A DNA stretch of 63,208 nucleotides, filler included, from Sphacelaria rigidula (lineage: Eukaryota): NCBI GenBank assembly GCA_964200075.2. It is 11 parts of 11 records of this genome, joined end to end, with 100 filler letters (N's around TTAATTAATTAA, not from the genome) between each part and the next. Parts side by side here need not be neighbours in the genome. Positions count along the whole stretch, not along the records: positions 34,534 to 40,188 come from CAXNAA020025509.1; positions 40,289 to 45,943 come from CAXNAA020025510.1; positions 46,044 to 51,698 come from CAXNAA020025511.1; 8 more parts are not named here. The stretch is one strand, 5' to 3'. The translations under genes and the position numbers were made by a program. The number at the start of each line of letters is the position of its first letter. The stretch's first letter is position 1. Below the pieces are notes generated by a model. It ran no database searches, was not told the origin of the DNA, and was given only the letters and a program-made list of their open reading frames with translations. Shown here piece after piece: positions 34,680-46,309 of the stretch.

Positions 34680-37373
34680 TCTTAGAACAACAAAGTGCGA
34701 TCTTTTTCGCTCTCGACACCTATTACGAATGCACACCTGAGACCAGCATCGGCGTATAGCCCATGAGTAAAGCTTTCGATTAATATCTGGCTCGTGCTGT
34801 AACTCGTCGCTCCACTCGATCTACAAACCCAATGGCGTGCTGGTTGTGCTTCGTCATTATCCATCACCCCTCTACTTTGTACAAACGTAGTTGATCTGTT
34901 GATACGGTACGACGCACCGAGCACGCATGCCGGGAGATAAAATCATGGCCCGACACGCATGGGAAGCATACGGTACAATGTGCAAACGAACTACCGTCCT
35001 CTGTTGCCGGCTAACGTCTCTACAGTGTTGCAGGCCACGAGTCGTATCAAGCTTGAACCCCGTACCGAGACTTCTCTCACTCGCGGCACGCCTGAAGAAA
35101 AGCGCCTGTCGAAAAAAAGTCCCGAATCTTTCACCTACAAATTCAGTACATAATAATTCTGGAGCGAGGATCACGGATGTGCTTTTTTTGTTGCCAAATC
35201 TTTCAACAGTAAATAGTTACGGCGGTATATCTCTATCTCACAGAGGTGGTTTCCGTCACTGCAAACCTCCGTCGTTTGCAAACGATTCCACATCGTCACC
35301 CCAACAATGTCGTGCGGGGTCCTTGCAATAAGCTCCAAGCATATGAGATATGTCATCCCCACAAAATGGTACACTGTTGTCCAATGGATGTGATGATACT
35401 CTCTCTATCTAACCTTGTTGATGCCGAAGCGTCGCTCATGTTCAGACACGAGCTCTATCGGAACAGATCGTCAATTAGTTCGTGCTGACAGAATTCACCC
35501 TTGAAGCTCGAAGACAGCCGCCAGGGGTAGTGTTTGTTTTCAATATATATATATATATATATGTATCACTCGAGAACTATCTCCCACCATGAACATGTAT
35601 TTAAGCACCTTCGCCATCAATGGATCATGCATGGATCACGCACCACCAAATACTCTCAGCCTTTCTAACTTGATGTGGAATGTGGGCGATATCCACCACC
35701 TATTGCGCAGTGGCTGACTGGGACGCTCGTTGGCGAGGGAGCAGGAGTGGCAGGAGAGCGGACGGTGCTGCGAGCAGCGGCACGCGCGTTCGATGACAAA
35801 TGGCCTAGACGATCACCCACTGAAGCAAGAGACTTCGTCAATTGTTCAGCACGGAAGTAGTCGCTGGGCAAACTGGTTTTTGTGTTTAAAATGACTTGAT
35901 GATGCATGAGCTAGAAATAAATGGTCTACATATGTCAACATTTAATTTCACGATCTTGGTTGTGTGGTGTATGGGCCGCAGTTTACGTCTTTGATTCAAA
36001 GCGCGCTCCACATGTTACATACGCGATACCTAGGTATCGATCAGCGCACCGGAACTACCTTAGAGCCTCTGTCTCCGTAGCGTTGTCCTCGCAAGATCCT
36101 CTCTGTGGGACGAAACGGGGGTTCGGATGGTGGAATTTCAAATGCAAGCGCGGCATTTTGAAAACCGATTATGGTGCCTCAAGCACTTGAAACATTCTGG
36201 AAAGGCTCTTGTCCAGCATACATTCCTTGCGGGGACCTCTTGGATGATTTTTTTGGGGTGTGAGGTCGGTCTCTCGATGAAGACGGCCGAAGGTGTACCG
36301 AAGGGTGTAGCCATAGGTCGAGCCAAACAGCAGTGTATCGCAAGTTCCCGACGTGGCCGGTTTCCGTCGAAACTTCGACGGCACGAATGCGCTGACATGT
36401 TGCACCGCCGACCTGAACGGCTCCGCTCCCGTTTCATCGTTGGTGGTGGTAGATTCGCCAGCTTTCACCTTTGCTTTTTTTCTCTCTGTGTATAGATGGG
36501 GGTGTTTTTAATCTACTTGAGATCTTGTTCGGCCATGTTTCAGTATTCCGCTGGCTGGCTGTTGTGTTGAGACACCTCCCGACCGCGTATGTATGCGCCA
36601 CAACTCGGTTCCGTTGGCTCATTTTTGTCCAGCGATGTCGACACCGATGGAGCATGGTATGGTATTAGGATACTGAATAACGCGAGGGTTGAAATTGGCT
36701 TCTGTTTGTAAATAGTATTGCACACGCACAACAGAAGGAGAGCATGGATGGAAGATCTGTTCACACTGGGTTGTGCCTATACTCGTGAAGGCTGCTGAAC
36801 CGATTGTCGAATCATGTAAATAGTTTATAATCAAGTGTTGATGTAGAACCAAAGGCATTGGAATGAACATTGTCCGTCGACAAGAACTGAAAACCGTGTG
36901 ACGATGTTGCATCTTCACCTATATGATACCTTGTAAATCGACAGTGCGCTCTCAGCTTCCGGTCATCGAAGCTGGTCATACTGTTTTTACAAGCGCATCG
37001 CAGCCCTTCAATGCCCAGGTGGATGGGCCGTGTATTCAACGTCGTTCAAGCTCCCCCCCCAATGAATGATGGCGAAAGCTTTGTGCAGCATCGCAATGCA
37101 TTGTGCAACATCAAGGCCGAATCTCCGCAAGTTGGTCTACGTAATCCCGGAGACGCCATCATGCGGGAAGAATGAGTATGCGAAGTACAGTACACACGAC
37201 CACCACTTCCTGTGGCAAATCTTGCGAACTCTCGAGGCGCCTACCCCACATGACTGCCGCGCTGCAGTGTAGCCGAGCCTCTGGGTAACCGGCACACAAA
37301 CCCGCTTGTGGGGTAAGTGTTGAGTCAGGTTCCCTCCTTCCTTCGAAGGAAAAAAACTACTGAAACGATCCAT
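34680..37373 (-). pseudogene. Heavily decayed coding-like region; a short stretch weakly resembles protein-kinase subdomain VI
   Basis: Broken minus-strand frames. LRRFGLDVAQCIAMLHKAFAIIH at ~37065-37135 recalls 'A.GL.YLH...IIHxD', but no intact HxD or DFG motif is present. Confidence 0.2.
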
Positions 37374-37443
37374 TCACTGATTGACCGCTTTTCACTCTTA
37401 ATCATATCCTCTACTACTCTCAATTTCACGAAAACATTACGAA

Positions 37444-38311
37444 CAGTGGATTCTCGAAAATCGGGTTGAAATAAAAATGAGGTTCAACTCAAAAGCTGTG
37501 CTTTCCTTGACCTAAATTCATGACAAATGACTTTAACATGGACGGCCTCATTCATCCCAACCTCTCCGAAACTATTTCGAACACGGGATCTTACAAATTG
37601 GGGATGGATCATTTATTGGGATGAGAAACCCGGAGGATTAAAATCTTCGTATCCGCACCTAACATTCGAAATATGATTCCATTTCTTCACCTACTGATTG
37701 CTATTGACAACTGCTACACGCCATAGAAACTTGGATTTCGATCACCGAAATGTTGGGGGTTCTAGGTGAAAAAAACAATTTCGGAACCATTTTGGCGTCC
37801 GCTCGGACACCCGGAATTCCACAAAACTGTTTTTTCACCTAGGACCCCAGCATTTCGGTGATCGAAATCCAAGTCTCTATGGCGTGTAGCAGTTGTCAAT
37901 AGCTATCAGTAGGTGAAGAAATGGAACCATATTTCGAATATTTGGTGCGGATACGAAGATTTTAATCCTCCGGGTTTCTCATCCCCAATAAATGATCCAT
38001 CCCCAATTTGTAAGATCTCGTGTTTTCGGGGGATATCTAGCCTTCCGTTCCCCCGAAGGGTATGTACGAAAACATGGCTCAGGGCCAAAAAGCGTATTCT
38101 TGTCACCCCGAAATTGAGGCAGAAGTGTTATTTCGCACATAATTTTGGGGGGAACGGGAGGCTAGAAATCCCCCGAAATAGTTTTAGGGAGTTCGGCATG
38201 AAAAAGGCCGTCCATGTGAAGGTAAAAAAATGTCATGACTGTAGGTCAGGGAAAGCACGGCTTTTGAGTTGAACCTCATTATTTTTCAAGCCCGTTTCCG
38301 AGAATCCACTA
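37444..38311. mobile_element. Foldback element interrupted by a MITE
   Basis: AGTGGATTCTCG...AATGAGGTTCAACTCAAAAGC...ACATGGACGGCCT is mirrored at 38180-38310; the arms resume at 38025-38175 after the insertion. Confidence 0.82.
37580..38024. mobile_element. Palindromic MITE (AACACGGG family) with 4-bp TSD TTCG
   Basis: Near-perfect ~205-bp arms; TTCG at both 37576-37579 and 38025-38028. Confidence 0.9.
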
Positions 38312-38356
38312 TTTTTTTGTAACTTTTGTTTAACGAGGGATGCTACGGCAGGGGTA

Positions 38357-38660
38357 ACAGTGTGTTCGTGAGATTGAGAGTAGAGGATACGATTCAAAGT
38401 GAAAAGCGGTCAAACAGTAATAAATGAACCGTTTCAGTTCCGAAATGCCCCTCCCAGAGGCCCAATATGCTTGGCATAGTAGCTTGTGACTGAGGCCCTT
38501 GATATCCCTGAGTAGGATATCGACGTGTAGCTGTAAGCACACGCCAGTGATGAAGGCAAAGAAAAGCACACACGGAATAAAAATTATTCGCAGAGTTACA
38601 GCGAATTATCAAAGCCACTTTCAATCAGCGCTCTACTCTCAATCTCACGAAAACGGTTTT
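38357..38660. mobile_element. MITE with CGTGAGATTGAGAGTAGAG inverted ends (also 49164-49465; partial copies 33140-33257, 37375-37438, 39445-39645)
   Basis: Terminal inverted repeat CGTGAGATTGAGAGTAGAG / CTCTACTCTCAATCTCACG and a shared core CCCTTGATATCCCTGAGTAGGATATCGACG. Confidence 0.85.
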
Positions 38661-40686
38661 GTTGGGTGTACAAATATTTCCTGGGGTAATAATTGTTCGA
38701 AGCCCTTCATCTCAATCAAAACACGACTTATAAAATTTATGAGAATACGCCGGGACTAGTATTCCAATGTGCTAGCGCAGGGATATCCCGAACAAATTTG
38801 CAAACGGGGATGCCCTGACTCATATTCTTGCTCATCTAGAGTCGTTAGGAGCCCCTGAACCAGTCAAGATTCTGGGCAAAAGGTCACCCCTACCATAACA
38901 TTGCTCCAACGTCTGAGTAGGGTGGTCTTGGTTGGGGATCGTCTCCAACCACAATCACCGTCAGATGAAGCCATGCAAGCCAATCAACTCACAGCAGCAT
39001 GCAGGTGTTCCCGACAAGTACGAGTCTCGAGTATTTGGTGCGTGTTTCAGGCGTAACGTGCACTGCACAGGCGAAAGGAGGAAAACGTAAAGTGAAGGAT
39101 AAAAAAAAACGGCTGTCCAAGCGGGTACGTAGGTGTGCGGGATTTGAATTTTCGTCTACCCTTGACTACGTTTACTCTTTAAAGAAGTACAAACCATCCA
39201 GGATCGTTCAACCGCTAGGCTGGTAGACCTTGGGTTACCCCCCCAGGGTTACCATTCCTGTAATCAGCGCTGCTCCACATGTCCGGTATGTGGCGACCGT
39301 GTATCTCCATCTTTGCTGCCTCGAAATATATACACCATCACCTATATCTGGCGTATATTTCCGTAATTTCCATTACACAAGAAAAATGGCTGGGAAGGTA
39401 ACAGGGAGATTCGAACCCTAGATTGTACTTGCGTTAGGAGTACACGAAGCCCAACATGCTTTCTGAAGTAGCTTGCCACTCAGGCCCTTGATATCCCTGA
39501 GTAGGATATCGACGCGTAGCTGTAAGCGCACGCTAGTGATGGAGGCAAAGAGAAACACACACGGAATGAAAACTGGCGAAGTTAGAGCGAATGATCAAAG
39601 CCACTCTCAATCAGCGCTCTACTCTCAATCTCACAAAAACGTTGATTGTTATGTCACATTTACGCTTGTGCAAATCGGTAATAACGTAAGGAATTCATGA
39701 TAAGTACCCTCGTCGCCAGTTTCACTTCAACTTTAGTTCTCGTTTAATCGACAGTATAATCTGGTTCAGTTCACAACCCTGCCATAACTTCTTTTATTTT
39801 TCCCCTAAGTTCTTTGTTCATTTTCTTATAGTACTCCATTTTTATTTACTCCAGTTTTGTTCTTCAGTCGTTTCTCTTCTTTCTTACATTTCTTTCACTC
39901 ATTTTTGTTGTATAGCTTATGTATTTGATCTATATCTTGTTTTATTTTCATTTTTTTAAATGTATATCTTGACCTACGCAACAGGGGGGGACGTGGATCG
40001 TTTGCAACCCCCCCCCCCGCACACACACACACATCAACAGGGCGTACCCCACCTCCGACGCTGCCTCATTTTGTATAGGATTTAGTATAACATTGGTTTA
40101 CAGGAGTTTGGTGAATGGGGGGGGAGGGGGGGTACTCATGATCATGCCTGCCATAGTCATCAGACCATTGACCTCGCATCCCTACACANNNNNNNNNNNN
40201 NNNNNNNNNNNNNNNNNNNNNNNNNNNNNNNNTTAATTAATTAANNNNNNNNNNNNNNNNNNNNNNNNNNNNNNNNNNNNNNNNNNNNACTGTTTTAGGC
40301 TTGAACCTCATCTCGGAGTTAAACCTCAATTCGCACAATTTGTTGCTATCATGAAATAGTGAGTCCTTGCAAAAGATGATCAGTCCTTCAACGCTGACCA
40401 CGCTAACTGTCATTGAAAACATTTACTAATCCACGTGATGCCTCCGTTCTTCCTCCTTCTGTCCTGTCGGCGTCCTTTTCCTTCTCTCGGCCGTTGTTAT
40501 CGGTTTCCGTTTCCTTGCCTCATACTGATATGGGGCAAACAAAAACTGTGTCGCTGCGCATCTCTGTTTTCTTCGATCACATCTCATTGTGACCATGGAA
40601 ATTGACGTAACACACGCGCCCCGCCGATGTTTCATGCTGTACTGTTTCATGCTGTACTAGTTGATAAGTAAAGCAAAAAAACAAAA

Positions 40687-42550
40687 ATGCCTGGCAGAGC
40701 AGAAGGTGGTGAGGGACGGGGAAGGAGGAACGATAGACGCCGCTCAGACTCCAGGTTCTCCTCAGCACGCGGCAGTCTTTCCTATTCCCGGGACTCTCGC
40801 TCCCCCTCTCGCTTTCACCGCCGTGGTCGTAGCCGTTCCGATTCACGAGACTCCCGTAGCCCTCGCCGTAGCTCCCTCCGCCCCTCGCACTCTCGTTCTA
40901 CCTTTCCTCGCCGTAGCTTGTCCCGCGTGACTCACCGCTCTACGAGCCGTCCCAGAACAAATCGTGACAATCGGTCATCCAGGGACAGACACGAGACGGA
41001 GGGAAGCGTCAGCAGGGAGGAAGGGGTGGAAGGGGCCGAAGCCAATCAACTGGCTAAGGTGAACAAAGGGGTGCTGAATCGCATTGTGAACACCTCAAGG
41101 ATGCCAGTGTACACGGGCACTTTCCCAGGCAAGCTAACCATAGCGAACAGTGCAATACTTCTTCAAGAAAAGATTTGGAGCACATTGCGTCACGTGGAAC
41201 GTGCCGCGCTGAAGCTTCCCGAAGATGTACCGCTGGGTGGAGGAAGGTGGGGCACTAAAGTCGACAAGTACTCGCCCCGCCGCCGTGACTTACTTTTAGA
41301 CTTGCTTGCAAAACGTAGCACTACTGCCACAGCCTTGCTATCGGGCACTGACGTTCGGGTGTACCGAATCTCGGGTGGATCGGAAATTGTCCGCCATGAG
41401 CAGGTAACGGCTACCGATTGGTTGCGTCTGTTGGTGCGTGAACAAGCTCGTAACAGTAACTCCGCCGAAAATGCACGAGAGGCGCTGAAGGAGATAACCC
41501 TGAAAAACGGTGAATCTTGAGAGCATGTGGCTGAGCGAGTTTTGTTGGCTTATAAAGCCACCTTAGCTTGCGCAAGCCGTCCGCACGCCACTGAAACTGA
41601 CTTTTTTCTGGACTTTCATCACGAAAGAGCAACTGAACGAACTATATGAATGCATCGTCCGAGCCGTTATTCCCGATGAAGCGCGCAGGGAGGGCATGCA
41701 ATCAATGGTCCACGAGAAAATAAGCGTAGCAGGCACCAAATTCGCCGACATGGCAGAGGAGCTGCAAAACCCCCTGGGGGGACCTATGCGCCGCCGTGGT
41801 GAAGTGGCAATAGGGTTGTACGAAGAGTTTATCAAAGTTCTCACTGCGCGCCCCTCGTCACATTACAGGAAGCCCGTCCAGAAACAAAACAGTCGCACGG
41901 TAGGGCCAGATCGCCTTTTCTCTCTAGAGGATATTCAACAAATGTCCCCCGCGCAATTCGCTGCGCTCCGTGGTGGAAATGAAGGATTGACGCCCCGTCT
42001 TGCCGCAGACCCTGCGTCCGCTCCCAGAATCTTACCACAGGTAGAGTACGTGCAACCGCAACCGCAGTCGAGCAAGCGCGCTCAGCAGCAGACACCGGCC
42101 CTGGCGGCAGCATTCAACAACACACCAGGGGCCATCCCAGGACAGCACGGTGTACCTTTCGTGGAGCAGAAACAACGGTCGGCCAGGGAAGTGCAGAAGC
42201 AAAGTTTGGCAGCGGCCGCGAAAGAAGTGTCTTCGTCGCATGCTGCACCACCCTCGCCTTCAAGTTCATCCTCGGCTGGAAGTACCCGTGACGATCAAGC
42301 CGTCCCCTCCCCGACCGGCGATCGAGACGAGGTCATCGATTACCTCCGCAGGAACAAGATCTGCTTCGGCCACACTTTCACAGATACCTGCCGCCGCCGT
42401 GACGGCACTCCCTGTCCATACACGCACGGCATTATCTCGCCTGCTCACTACAGGAACGTCCGGACCTGCCGAAGAGCCGCTGTCCCCAGAAAGCGCCTCG
42501 CAGCTCTTACAGAACCCCAATACCTAGCGGCGATCGACAGTGTACAGTAG
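40687..42550 (+). pseudogene. Intronless ~620-codon gag/ORF1-like reading frame: RS-rich N-terminus, helical core, C-terminal CCCH finger; one stop and one frameshift
   Basis: ORF 40687-41520 reads on past the TGA (EHVAERVLLAYKATL..). Removing one T from the run at ~41602-41607 joins it to ORF 41696-42550, which contains C-x8-C-x7-C-x3-H (CFGHTFTDTCRRRDGTPCPYTH). Confidence 0.6.
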
Positions 42551-43469
42551 TGCACCAATCGTTCTTTCTGTCCAGCGTGGGGTCTTCTGAGCAACGATCA
42601 CGTGTTTAGGTGCCAGAATCTTACATGCCTGTTGGTTACTCGAAGGGACCATCCGGTGGGCAGAACGGAGCTGAGACACCTGGCTGCAGCGTATGCTTGC
42701 CACCTTCCGTGCTAACACGACAGCACAGGTACGTCCTGTGATTCATCATTCACGTGCGCCTGCTTCCGTGTACGAGGATTGTTTTTTTCACAATTTCAAA
42801 ATTCAAAATTCAAAAAGTCCAGGTCGGGATCTTTCAGTACCGCACGTTTGATCAATGTGTCCCATACAGTACCCACAGCGGGCACGCAGTGTACGAAGTG
42901 CTCCGTAGGCAGGAGGGAGTGCTGTTGATCCACTCCTAGAGAGTGAAGTGTCCCGAGGCTGAAACCGACGAACATGCGTGCGCAAAGTACACATGGGTGG
43001 CGGTTGTTGGGGCTGTGCACCTGGAGGAATTGCGAGGCGGTACCCCACGTTCATCATTCAGGTGTGTACTGTGACAGAAAACGCTCCTGTCAGATCTGGT
43101 GCCCAGGTACCTACCATGTTAGCCAGGTACGTGATCGCATGGTGTTTGCACTGTAGTGTGTGCTGTGGCAGCGTGTTTGCACTGTGCAACTTCGTACCTA
43201 GCAAGACTGCTCGAGCAGTTGTGCGATCATCCTATGTGAGTCCGAATGAATTTCTGACTAACATACGGGGCTTCTATGCTGGAGTCATCCTAGCGGCGAA
43301 ACATGTTCAACGCCCGGCAAATGACAAATAGCCCCTAGTATGATTGATTGATGTGCGGCATTGTGAAAAGTCATTGCGCGGGTCAAGTCGTATGGATTCG
43401 CTTCCGCTCCACGCCACAACGTGTCGCCACTGCATTGTCATTGTGTCGCCAGTACATTGGATCATCACA

Positions 43470-43576
43470 ACACTACATGGGACCATCATAAACTACATGG
43501 GACCATCACTACACTACATGGGACCATCACTACACTACCTGGGACCATCACTACACTTCAGAGGACCGTCACTACA
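43470..43576 (+). repeat. 21-bp minisatellite, ~5 units
   Basis: ACTACATGGGACCATCACTAC repeated in tandem. Confidence 0.9.
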
Positions 43577-43723
43577 CGGGTTCCTTCACGCCGGGAAATC
43601 GGGAGCAACCAGTGCCTTTGGTCGGCAGCAGTAGACACGCCAATTGTAAAAGCTATTGTATGCGTAGCTCACGCCTTGACCATTTTGTTTTGTTCACCCT
43701 GCTTCTACTGTAGCGTTGCGTTT

Positions 43724-44169
43724 AACAATTGACCCATATTTTAATCTATTTTGTTCTATTCTATTCTATTCTATTTTTATCTACTTTTACGTCTTTATTT
43801 ATTCTTGAAGTTTCGGCATTGCATACGAACATCGGCAGAGCGCACACTAGTACTACACCCCCCATCCGCCCCTGCCGCTTTTGCTGTTCGATTTTGCCCG
43901 CTCCTGTCGCCCTGAATGTGCCTGCGCAATGCCGCGAGTCATCCCAACACAATTGACCCATATTTTATTCTATTTTGTTCTATTCTATTCTATTCTATTT
44001 TTATCTACTTTTACGTCTTTATTTATTCTTGAAGTTTCGGAATTGCATACGAACATCGGCAGAGCGCACACTAGTACTACACCCCCCATCCGCCCTGCCG
44101 CTTTTGCTGTTCGATTTTGCCCGCTCCTGTCGCCCTGAATGTGCCTGCGCAATGCCGCGAGTCATCCCA
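43724..44169 (+). repeat. Tandem duplication of ~223 bp
   Basis: ACAATTGACCCATATTTTA...CCGCGAGTCATCCCA occurs twice, nearly identical. Confidence 0.92.
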
Positions 44170-45730
44170 TGGTCGTTGGTATCGCATCATACCACGTTTA
44201 TACCCTCTCCCGCTGGTATTTTTTTTGCTGTTGAATTTTTTCTCTGTCGCTATCAACTGTGTTATGCTAGTGATCCCTTTCCCTCATCGTCTGCATTTAG
44301 CAGTCATAGCCCACGGTGCACTATTATTGTCATTTTCTCCTTTCACCGACTCATTCATTTTTTCTTCTTCCCCTTTTTGCCCCCCTATCTGCCGTATGTT
44401 ACCTCTTGATTTTCCGCCGTTTGTCTCATCTCATTCTACAATTTCAGTTATATTCTCTATACTCCCCGTGGCAATTTTACTCTACAGCCATCTTCGCCGT
44501 GTGTTTTGCTACCTTCATATTGCAAGCGTACAGCCCCGCCCATCCATTATTTTTTTTTGCAAATGTTTTGCTAGAGCCATTGCCTGACGCACGAAAGTAC
44601 ACCCCAGGTATATTTGTCTCGAGAAACCTGCGATGGCAAGCTCCAGGGACGACCACTAAGCGCAACGAAAGTCAACTCGGGATAAGGGGTGAGATCGGGC
44701 ATCAACAGCGCCTCCACCAATCGTAGCCAATGGTGGTTTGCTAGACATCTGAGAAGATGGTGTAACCATATATCGGAAAGGTTGTAGCGTAAGGTTAACA
44801 GGTGGGTGAATCAGAGAAACGGGAGCTGGTGGGCGTCCTGCTGGGCTTTGGACACTGGGCTGTTCTCCACGGACCCGAAGCAGGTTCTGGTCACCAACAA
44901 CGGTGAGCTACAAGTACCCCCTTGTTTGAGAGTACTGTACTCCATTCGCAGCAAATCAACGCCACCTTTTTTGTCGAGTAGCGTCACGTAGCTCTCCACA
45001 TGGTAGACCCGAGACCGCCCGAACAGCACCGATCAAGGTTCCGTAACAGGTATGAGTACTGATCATTCCGCACAGTTAGCGAAGGAACGAAGGTAGGCGA
45101 AGTGCTCTCCGCAGGGGGGGACATGCCTACTTCATCCGACAGACCTCGAACTGGACACAGTGGCAAATGATCGTGCTCTGCAGACCCTGACCAACCCATC
45201 CAGTCTGATCGCCAGCAAGGAGACCCTTTGGGAGAACAGGTGCAATCGAATCTGAGGGGGGCGTACTCACTTGTTGCTTGCCTTAGGTGTTTGATCATCG
45301 ACCACGCATCCCTTCCGAGACGGAGCATCGCTCCTACTCGTAATAGAGATACCTTCGACATTCCGGCGCGCATTACGCTTCTTCCATAGCTCATTACGTT
45401 TCTCCCATACTCTGCGCAAAAACCTTTTACGTCGCTGATACATCAGACGATTTCATGCCTCCTTCGTTCACGTCCCGCATTTCCCCCTCTAGCACGTGCT
45501 GTTCCTCCTTATACAGTTCACATTGCGCCACTTTATGACTTCTGCTCTCGGTTGCTTTGCCACAAAGGTAGTTTCGTCTATCAACTTCCTGCTCTTTCCG
45601 ATCACTGGTATACTTTTTTCTTTCTTTTTCTGTTCCTCCTTTTTCTCAGAGCGTGTTTCAGTTTCGTTATTCGTAGGTACGTCTATCATGAGACCACAGC
45701 TGGACCTCTGGGGGGTCAGTTGAAATGCGA

Positions 45731-45943
45731 CAATCAATCAATCAATCAGTTAATCTTTCCGGCAGGTCCGAGTATCCAAATATCTTCTTAGCTGCTACTC
45801 TCTGTCCTGTTTCTAGCTTCACCAATTTCACGTTCCACTCCCATACTTCTCCTGCATATTCCAGCTGTGGTACGATCAAGTTCGTCAGGATACATATCTC
45901 AATCCTGGTGTCTGGGTGCGGGTCTCTGAGGATCACGTTCATC
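45731..45943 (-). mobile_element. LINE 3' fragment (RT C-terminal region) with (TTGA)n tail
   Basis: IEICILTNLIVPQLEYAGEVW...KLETGQRVAAKKIFG fits the post-RT 'P.LEY...VW...LE.VQ..A.K.I.G' pattern of LINEs; it is followed by GATTGATTGATTGATTG. Confidence 0.8.
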
Positions 45944-46309
45944 NNNNNNNNNNNNNNNNNNNNNNNNNNNNNNNNNNNNNNNNNNNNTTAATTAATTAAN
46001 NNNNNNNNNNNNNNNNNNNNNNNNNNNNNNNNNNNNNNNNNNNCCCCCAAGGGGTCTCCAGCCCAAAAAGGAAGCGAGGAAAAAGGTAAAAAAACAAAAG
46101 CAAAAAAAAAATGAAAACCCCCCCCCCCCCCCACCACCACCAAGTGGTGATGTTTACTGGTTCGAAGTGAGATGAAAAGTAATAATAATGATAAAAATAT
46201 ATATATATACACGTTAGACATTCCTATCTTGTGTTTCACGAGGATGAAAAGGAAAATAACCTCCCTTGAAAATATTTTTCGCATATGTGAACTGAAACTA
46301 TTCACGTAG

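Noticed and set aside
41518..41610. Programmed readthrough plus frameshift in the gag-like ORF
   Set aside because: Two lesions within 90 nt mid-domain, one in a T homopolymer, are more simply decay or sequencing error. Conservation across copies would be needed.
43470..43576. CRISPR-like or iteron array
   Set aside because: Simple head-to-tail 21-bp minisatellite without spacers.
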